NCBI GenBank assembly: GCA_041741375.1
Contig: JBGSKF010000143.1
Location: forward strand, 18,633-82,632
Direction: 5' to 3'
DNA length: 64,000 nt
From: Gemmatimonadales bacterium
GTDB taxonomy: Bacteria; Gemmatimonadota; Gemmatimonadetes; Gemmatimonadales; GWC2-71-9
Shown: piece by piece, positions 44,552 to 51,627 of the stretch
Numbering within the stretch: the stretch's first letter is position 1
Layout of the letters: each line of letters opens with the position of its first letter
The notes under the pieces: model-generated
Told to the model about the DNA's origin: nothing
Seen by the model: the letters and a program-made list of their open reading frames with translations, nothing else
Database searches by the model: none
Program-made: the position numbers and the translations under genes

Positions 44552-45058
44552 TCAGGACGTCGCCAAGTCGCCTGGGGGTTCCAGAGGAAGGGACCCCTGC
44601 TCGACGATCGGTTTGCGGATTGGTATCCCCACCAGCCTTCCCATCTGGAGCAGCTTGGTGTCATAGGTGAGAAACTCGTCAACATCCAACTCCAGAGCCG
44701 AAGCAAGGTGAATGGCGTCGGGTGGCCTCAGGTTTTGTCCATTCGTCAGTGCCTGACGAATGAGACCCCGGGCCTCACGAGCCAGGGAGGGATGCAGCTC
44801 AATCATCTTCACCGGTGATCCCGGTACCCATAGCGCATCAATACTCTGTTCGACTTCCGGGCTCAGTGTGCGACTGTCCTTCTCTTCCTTGGCGAAAGCC
44901 ACTTCTGTCATGGAGAGAACGGAGGTGGCAATCCGGCGCTTCCCGGCGTGGGCCTGCTCAAGCAGTTCCCGCAAGTCGGCGGTGCGGTCGCGGGCCCCCT
45001 CGATATAGGAGAGGAAGAGACAGGCATCCCAATATGAGGCCGGGACATCACCAGGCAT
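44552..45058 (-). CDS. PIN-domain protein
   Basis: ORF 44552..45058. WDACLFLSYIEG...SVLSMTEV...PDAIHLASAL...FLTYD. 11-nt overlap with the upstream gene. Confidence 0.75.
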   Translation of the reverse strand: MPGDVPASYWDACLFLSYIEGARDRTADLRELLEQAHAGKRRIATSVLSMTEVAFAKEEKDSRTLSPEVEQSIDALWVPGSPVKMIELHPSLAREARGLIRQALTNGQNLRPPDAIHLASALELDVDEFLTYDTKLLQMGRLVGIPIRKPIVEQGSLPLEPPGDLATS

Positions 45059-45830
45059 CGCGCACCAGCCTTATCGCCTCCTCTGCGGAAATCGTATTCG
45101 CGGCCGGAGCGATACCCATTGCCCGTCGCCAGCCTTCACGCTCCCCGTCCGCAACGAGCGACACCCTGGTCACGTTCCGGACCGCAAGCGGTCGTCCCGT
45201 TTCAGGATCGCGACTCACCAGGCCGACCACTTCGGCACGATGACCCCAGATATCCCGCATCGTCTCCTCGTACCCCGGACGGAGGTAGCACGATACCGCC
45301 TTGTCGTGCAGTTCATCGAACAGGGTGAAACGAAGCCCTCCACGATGGCTCAGCGTCTCAACCCGGCCGGTAACAGTACCAATCGCTGGCTGCAGTGCGA
45401 CGGTCGGAACAGCAGGCGATTCCCTGACGAGTTGCAGGTGACCCCTCGGCCGAACAATCACCTCGCGGTACTCCGTCTCAAACCGAATGGAAGGAACCGT
45501 ACCACTCTGGATCAGGCGCAGAAAGGTCTTGGATGCGCTTCGGACCCGCGGCGTGAGTTGCTCCACAGTATCATTTCGGATCGCCTCCCCCGTGGATTCG
45601 TAGGCTCGCACGACCTGATCCACTTGGCTCGCGGGCCCGATGCCACGAATCGTTGCCACCGCACTGCTCGTGTACAGGCTGTCCACGACCCACTGGACGC
45701 TGCTCAGGGGGTGTTCTCCCCCTACCTCGGTGGCAAGCGCAGCAACGAGCGATTCAAGCCCTGCCATGGCGTCGGAGAACGCCTTCAGGGAGACCTGACC
45801 GTCGACGGCCAGCGTGAGGGTGTCCGCCAT
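45048..45830 (-). CDS. unknown protein coupled to PIN (antitoxin-like C-tail)
   Basis: ORF 45048..45992. ATG 45830 is preceded by aggaaggg; alternative starts reach 45992. No recognised domain. The C-terminus ISAEEAIRLVRDAW resembles VapB-type tails. Confidence 0.5.
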   Translation of the reverse strand: MADTLTLAVDGQVSLKAFSDAMAGLESLVAALATEVGGEHPLSSVQWVVDSLYTSSAVATIRGIGPASQVDQVVRAYESTGEAIRNDTVEQLTPRVRSASKTFLRLIQSGTVPSIRFETEYREVIVRPRGHLQLVRESPAVPTVALQPAIGTVTGRVETLSHRGGLRFTLFDELHDKAVSCYLRPGYEETMRDIWGHRAEVVGLVSRDPETGRPLAVRNVTRVSLVADGEREGWRRAMGIAPAANTISAEEAIRLVRDAW

Positions 45831-46282
45831 GTATGCCCTTCCTGCCGGGAACCGTGGGATTGAGCCAAGCCGCCGAGAAATGGGGTGCCGATGGCGGATG
45901 GCGCCGCTGATCAAAATATACAGCGTTTCGGCGAGATCATGCTCTTCCTGGGGCATGCTCAGCGAACTTCGAGCAGCGTCGTAAACGGCCACCGCGCTGG
46001 TCGTTGGCGGCCCAAGTGCGTTCGAGGCGCTGTCCGGCCATCAGGGAATGATTACCTCGGGGTGTGACAATGGGAACCGTGGTTCGGCCGCCGGCTCCTC
46101 ATTCGTTGCTCCCCTTCCTCCACGGATTTCTTGTTTCCCCGGTCTCCCTCGTGCTCTTTCTGGGCGTTATCGGCATTGAGAGTCCGGCCTTCAGCGTTCA
46201 GGACGGTTTCTCCTCCAGGCTGTAATGGTCAAGTCCCAGTCTGACGGTCGGCCGCCCTTCCTGGCAAACGTGGGTAGGCTGG

Positions 46283-46917
46283 CTAGTCAAAGCAATCCGA
46301 GAGCCACCGGCTGTCGATGCGGATGAACGAGTTCACCGCGCTCGCCAGCTGCGCTCCCGGACCGGCGGAAACCGCGTAGACGCGCTTGCCGTGACGCCGT
46401 ACCGCCTCGACCGCTGGTGTGAAATCGCCGTCCGCTGAGAGTAGGTAGGCCGAATCGAATTGATCTCGTTCGGCCATGACGACCATGTCGACGGCCAACA
46501 TCACGTCGACAGCCTTCTCTACGAAGACGATCGGATTGGCATTGTGAGACGCGAGTCTCAGACAGCGCGCGATAAACTACAGGGTCGAGTCGCACCGGAA
46601 GCGTGCTCAGCAGTTGACGAAGCTCTTTCGCAACCGGTTGGGTGCGTGCCTGGATTCCAGTCGGCCGAAATGAATCGAGACCCTCGCATCTGAGGCCTTC
46701 AAAGCATCTACGAACCTCCGTTGCTTTGCGTACAGGTCAGGGTTTCCTTGCTGCTTTACCTCCCGATGTAGTAGCGAATCCCGGACAAGCTCCTTGGTCC
46801 GAGCAGCTTTGCGGCAAGTTTCGTGTAGCTCAACTGGAACAGATCGCTGAGGCCGATGTCCTTCAGCGAGTGGTACCAATTGTTGCCGTCGATGAAGAGG
46901 ACCGCGCGACCCGGCAT
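46283..46917 (-). pseudogene. NYN/LabA-like domain gene with at least three frameshifts
   Basis: Own translation gives four segments in different frames. (1) MPGRAVLFIDGNNWYHSLKDIGLSDLFQLSYTKLAAKLLG...YYIGR, ending in a stop. (2) VKQQGNPDLYAKQRRFVDALKASDARVSIHFGRLE. (3) AKELRQLLSTLPVRLDP. (4) NPIVFVEKAVDVMLAVDMV...SADGDFTPAVEAVRRHGKRVY. Confidence 0.7.
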
Positions 46918-47371
46918 GCAGGAGAGTCCTGGGGAAGAAGAACCCCGGCGTGTGGCCTTGCGACCAGACCCCGGGGGGATAAAGCCGATCTCCCGTGAGA
47001 GACCGTAGTTGAAAGATCGGCCAGCGGCTGCAAACTGTCAAGTTGCAGCACCAGCCAACCGTCAAGTGTTGCTTGACAGTTGCGTCCCGGCCGAGCTCAC
47101 CATTCTCATAAATGCTTTGTGCATAAACACTTACATTTCCGATTCTTCGGGTTTCGCGTGGGCCCCGGGGCTCTTGCCCTGGGCTCGGCGGGCGGGGGGC
47201 CGTTCACAAGGCCGGGTGCTCCTCGCTGCTCCCGGTGGTGTGACTCACCTCACTCGGCCGAGCAAGGGGCGTCAGCCAGTGCCGTGGGGCGGTTCTCGGA
47301 TGCCCAGAATCCCGTCATGCCGTGAACGAGCGTGTTCCGGGACCCGGTTCCGCCCTCATCGCCACCGGTTG

Positions 47372-47584
47372 TCAGTCCCAGTCGATACCATCGATGATGC
47401 CGGAAAAGTCGGCTCGTTGCCTCACGATGCCGATGAATTTGTGCGTTGGCTGGAACTCGGGTTCTTCATGCCAGTCGAATTCACGTTTTCGTCCGTCGAT
47501 CACCGGTGGCGCGGAGGACGCCCGACGGGGTGAGTCGACCGAAAGCGTGACGGTTCCGGGTACGTGGCTCTCGGTGTCGTTCAT
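47372..47584 (-). CDS. small hypothetical protein (second gene of a coupled pair)
   Basis: ORF 47372..47584. ATGA overlap with the upstream ORF. No recognised domain. Confidence 0.4.
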   Translation of the reverse strand: MNDTESHVPGTVTLSVDSPRRASSAPPVIDGRKREFDWHEEPEFQPTHKFIGIVRQRADFSGIIDGIDWD

Positions 47585-47931
47585 AACTGTGAAGTATCGG
47601 GTTCCGGGGGTGTTCGCGCAACCCAGTCGCCAAGCGCCCCGACCCGGCGAAGGGCGGCAAGCACCTCGGGAGGAAGTTCGTCACCCAGTGCATAAGATCC
47701 ATGGCTGCTCTCATGGCCGTACAGACCGGCGAGGTTCAACGTTCCATCGCGCCCCACCGCGATGGCGAGGACACGTCGGGGACCGAAATCCCACTCGAAA
47801 CGGAACTCGCCGTCCTGGTCGATCGCCACATAGGGCCGGGCAACGCATGCAGGGAGGGAACGCACGAAGCGCCACGCGCATGGCATGGTGCCGGGACCAA
47901 CCAAGGGCGTATCGTTGGGCGGCGCGGTCAT
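47581..47931 (-). CDS. hypothetical protein (first gene of a coupled pair)
   Basis: ORF 47581..48120. ATG candidates at 47931, 48045 and 48120. Core sequence YVAIDQDGEFRFEWDFGPRRVLAIAVGRDGTLNLAGLYG. Confidence 0.4.
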   Translation of the reverse strand: MTAPPNDTPLVGPGTMPCAWRFVRSLPACVARPYVAIDQDGEFRFEWDFGPRRVLAIAVGRDGTLNLAGLYGHESSHGSYALGDELPPEVLAALRRVGALGDWVARTPPEPDTSQL

Positions 47932-48254
47932 TCCCCGTACTCGTGACTGGAGGGATGCCTTCAAGGTAACGGGAACGACCGAGTCGAGCAAGCGGGAAAT
48001 GAGAACATAAACTGTTTTGTTGCAAGACGTTACGATGGTTGGCATCGGATCCGCTCCTGTCGAGCCACGAGAATGGCGCCTCAGTTGTGACGTGATCCCT
48101 AAAGTGTGGTTGCGTAGCACGAATCATGCTGTGAAGGATAGGAGATAGCACTTTCAGGGGACATTGCGCACATTTTCGGCACAAAAAGCACATTGCGGTT
48201 GCTATATTGTTCTCCAGGTGCTGGATGTCACTCTCCCGAAGCCCAGGAAGAACG

Positions 48255-49610
48255 ATGCTCCTCTCCTTTCGCTTCAAGAACTTCCGCTCGTTCAGGGACG
48301 AACAGGAATTCTCGATGGTGGCGAGCAACCTGAAGGGCCCCACCGAGCCACTCATCGAGACCGGCCGGAAAGACCTGAAGGTTCTTCCCGTGGCGGCGGT
48401 CTATGGGGCGAACGCCTCCGGGAAAACGAATTTCCTCAATGCGCTCGATTTCATGGCCTGGGCCGTCCGCGAATCCTTTCGTTCCTGGACGCCGGGCGGA
48501 GGAATTCCTGTTGAGCAGTTCAAGCTCGATACCGAGGGTGGCGTGCAGGCGATGCGTTTCGAGGTTGACCTGCTCCTCGACGCGGTTCGCTTCCAGTACG
48601 GCTTCCGCCTCGACCCCTCGCGCATTCTCGAAGAGTGGCTTTATGCGTTTCCGGAAGGGCGGCGTCAGCTCTGGTTCAGCCGTGAGCACGGTGACAGGAC
48701 CGAGCAGTTCAAGTTCGGGAAGAACCTGACCGGTCCGAACCAGTCGGTTCGTGAGGTGACGCGAGAGAACAGCCTCTTCCTCTCTGCAGCGGCGCAGAAC
48801 AACCATGGACGGGTTTTTCCAGTTTACCATTGGTTCGCGCATTACCTGGATGTCATCTGCGGCAGCCGGGCTGACTTGCTTCGTGATTCGACCAGGTGCT
48901 CCCTGGGCTCAGGATCACGCCAGCCGCTGATGGAGTTTCTGGCGGCTGCGGACCCAGGAATCACTAACGTCGAGTTCGAGGACGAGCCGGCAGGTATCCA
49001 GCGTTTGTTCAGATTCCCTGCCACCATTCACGAGGCATCTCGCCCGCACCATCTGCGGGCGGTAATCAACTCTGCCCCATCTCCGGGGGAGGTATCACCG
49101 AAGGGCTCCGGACTCCGCCCGGGCAGGACCACCCTTCCCGGGGTTCCGAGAATCACCTTTTCGCACTCCACAGGAGTGGGTGGGGCGGAGGTCAAGTTCG
49201 GGATCGAGGAGGAGTCTGAGGGAACCCGCGCCATCCTGGCCCTCGCGGTTCCGATCGTCCTCTGTCTGGAGCGAGGTAGTGTTCTCCTGGTTGACGAGCT
49301 GGAGGCGAGTCTCCACCCCTTGCTCGCCCGGGAGGTGATCCGGCTCTTCAGCCGGCGGGAGTCGAACCCGCGAGGGGCGCAGCTCATCTTCAACACACAC
49401 GATACGAATCTGCTCGATCCCGACCTCCTGCGGCGCGATCAGATCTGGTTCTGTGAGAAGGATCGTGAGGGAGCATCCAGGCTCTATCCACTCTCGGACT
49501 TTCGGCCGAGAAGAATGGAAAACGTGGAGCGTGGCTACCTGCAGGGCCGTTACGGGGCCATCCCGTTTCTCGGAGACCTGATTCCCTCGCTGGGTGAAAG
49601 CAGCGAATGA
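48255..49610 (+). CDS. AAA_21/ABC-type ATPase (AbiLi-like)
   Basis: ORF 48207..49610 from ATG 48255. MLLSFRFKNFRSFRDEQEF, Walker A GANASGKTN, Walker B LLVDELEASLHP, FNTHD. Confidence 0.85.
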   Translation: MLLSFRFKNFRSFRDEQEFSMVASNLKGPTEPLIETGRKDLKVLPVAAVYGANASGKTNFLNALDFMAWAVRESFRSWTPGGGIPVEQFKLDTEGGVQAMRFEVDLLLDAVRFQYGFRLDPSRILEEWLYAFPEGRRQLWFSREHGDRTEQFKFGKNLTGPNQSVREVTRENSLFLSAAAQNNHGRVFPVYHWFAHYLDVICGSRADLLRDSTRCSLGSGSRQPLMEFLAAADPGITNVEFEDEPAGIQRLFRFPATIHEASRPHHLRAVINSAPSPGEVSPKGSGLRPGRTTLPGVPRITFSHSTGVGGAEVKFGIEEESEGTRAILALAVPIVLCLERGSVLLVDELEASLHPLLAREVIRLFSRRESNPRGAQLIFNTHDTNLLDPDLLRRDQIWFCEKDREGASRLYPLSDFRPRRMENVERGYLQGRYGAIPFLGDLIPSLGESSE

Positions 49611-50254
49611 GTCGTGGCCGAGGGCGGGGAGGAAGCAGGGAGAACCTCCGGAGGAAGCCACCCACTCGTGACCCCCGCCCTCGCATTCTGGTGCTGTGCG
49701 AGGGCGCGAAGTGCGAGCCTGGCTACCTGAGGGCGTTCTGCCGACATTTCCGAGCTACGTCGGTCGTTCTTGACAAGGCGGCCGGTCTTGATCCCAAGGC
49801 ATTGGTGGAGGTCGCGCGTACTCGCCTTCGGGAATCCCGGCGCGAGGCGAAGCAATATCGGGACAAGAACCTGGAGTTTGACCAGGTATGGTGCGTTGTG
49901 GATGTCGACGATCACCGCCGATTGCAGGAAGCTCGGATCATGGCGCGGGACAATGGCATCGAGCTCGTGATCTCGAACCCCTGCTTCGAGTTGTGGCTGA
50001 TCCTGCATTTTCGAGATCAGACAGCGTACATCGACCGGTTTCAACTCAAATCGGCGTGCCGGAACCTGTCGGAGAGCGACCGCGCTGGATATCCACCGTT
50101 TGCGATCTGCGTTTCTCACTACGACACGGCGGTTGGCCGGGCCCGGCAACTTGACGACCGCAACGACAGGGATGGCGAGCCGGGCAGGAACCCCTCGACG
50201 AGCGTGTACCGCCTGACTGAACGGATTCTGGAGATCGTGAACCTTTCGACCTAG
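49607..50254 (+). CDS. RloB-like protein (AbiLii-like)
   Basis: ORF 49607..50254. ILVLCEGAKCEPGYL... and VWCVVDVDDH are typical of the RloB family. 4-nt overlap with the ATPase. Confidence 0.8.
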   Translation: MSRGRGRGGSRENLRRKPPTRDPRPRILVLCEGAKCEPGYLRAFCRHFRATSVVLDKAAGLDPKALVEVARTRLRESRREAKQYRDKNLEFDQVWCVVDVDDHRRLQEARIMARDNGIELVISNPCFELWLILHFRDQTAYIDRFQLKSACRNLSESDRAGYPPFAICVSHYDTAVGRARQLDDRNDRDGEPGRNPSTSVYRLTERILEIVNLST

Positions 50255-50591
50255 CAGGCTCACCGGCAGAGCGTAACGGAGACATCCGGTGCTTCGACGC
50301 TTGCTGCACCCCGGTGGGCGGTCCCTGGCGGGACGACCGTGGGGCCTCGCGGTTCCAGGGTAGCGCCTCCGGCGCAACCCTGGGCTCAAAGAACGATGCC
50401 CCGTTGGGGCATGGGGACGGATTTCGGCGTATTTCGGACACCGAGTTCGGTTTTGGTCATATAGCGCTCAAAGACGCAATGGCCTGACTGATGGTTCGAT
50501 TGTTGCGATTGTTGCGATTATGCCGTATCTTGTGTCTGCGGACGTAGCGGACAACGAAAGTCTCATTATTGACCTTGGGAGGAACCCCAAC

Positions 50592-51050
50592 ATGCTTCCC
50601 GCCACTCATCGCCCGAACGACCCTGCGGTCCCCAGTACCGAGGATGCGCACCTGGCCGAACAGGGCAGCCGATTGCTCGCTGCCTGCATCGGGCGGGGGC
50701 CCACGGCCAGACTGCGGGTCATTGACGGGGAAAAGGACATCACCGTGCCCGTCGCGGCACTCCATCTCCTGGTGGACATCCTCGCGCAGATGGCCCGGGG
50801 CAACGCGGTGACCGTCGTCCCGATCAACGCCGAACTGACCACCCAGCAGGCGGCCGATTTCCTCAACGTCTCCCGTCCCTTTCTCATCGGCTTGCTGGAA
50901 CAGGGAAAGGTGCCGTACCGGAAGGTGGGCACCCACCGGCGGGTGCGGTTCGATGACTTGGTCAAGTACCGCGAGGTGAGCTTGGCGGATCAGAAGGCGG
51001 CGGCTGATGAGCTGACCAGACAGGCACAGGAACTGGGGCTGGGATACTGA
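50592..51050 (+). CDS. excisionase/MerR-type HTH antitoxin
   Basis: ORF 50520..51050 from ATG 50592. LTTQQAADFLNVSRPFLIGLLEQGKVPYRKVGTHRRV. Confidence 0.7.
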   Translation: MLPATHRPNDPAVPSTEDAHLAEQGSRLLAACIGRGPTARLRVIDGEKDITVPVAALHLLVDILAQMARGNAVTVVPINAELTTQQAADFLNVSRPFLIGLLEQGKVPYRKVGTHRRVRFDDLVKYREVSLADQKAAADELTRQAQELGLGY

Positions 51051-51053
51051 CGG

Positions 51054-51623
51054 GTGGCCAGTTTCGTCGCGGTGTTCGACGCTTGCGTTCTCTACCCGGC
51101 TGCGGTCCGCGACCTGCTCGTCCGGTTGGGCAAGTCCGGGCTCTTCCGGGCTCGATGGTCCGACCTGATTCACGAGGAATGGGTCGGGTCTCTCCTCGAA
51201 CAGCGACCGGATCTCAACCACAATCAGCTTCAGCGCACCGTGGCACTTATGAACAGGGCAATCCCGGATGCCACGGTGACGGGCCACGAGGGTCTCATTG
51301 AAGGGCTGCATCTGCCGGATCCGAAGGACCGGCACGTCCTTGCAGCTGCGATCAGATGCCAGGCGGGTGTGATCGTTACCTACAACCTCAGAGATTTTCC
51401 ATCCGACGTGCTCGACCTCTACGGGCTCGAGACCCAGCACCCCGACGAGTTCGTCACCCATCTGTTCGATCTCGACCCGGCACGGGTCTGTGCGACTGTC
51501 CGGGATCAGCGGGCCGCGCTTCGATCACCACCGGTGTCCTTGCCAGAGCTGCTGGACACCTTCCGGCACGCAGGCCTCGCGACCTCCGTGTCGGCGCTGG
51601 AGTACATGTCGGAGCTGCTCTGA
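51054..51623 (+). CDS. PIN-domain toxin with C-terminal extension
   Basis: ORF 51054..51623 (GTG). VFDACVLYPA...DPKDRHVLAAAI...IVTYNLRDF. Confidence 0.75.
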   Translation: MASFVAVFDACVLYPAAVRDLLVRLGKSGLFRARWSDLIHEEWVGSLLEQRPDLNHNQLQRTVALMNRAIPDATVTGHEGLIEGLHLPDPKDRHVLAAAIRCQAGVIVTYNLRDFPSDVLDLYGLETQHPDEFVTHLFDLDPARVCATVRDQRAALRSPPVSLPELLDTFRHAGLATSVSALEYMSELL

Positions 51624-51627
51624 GCCC

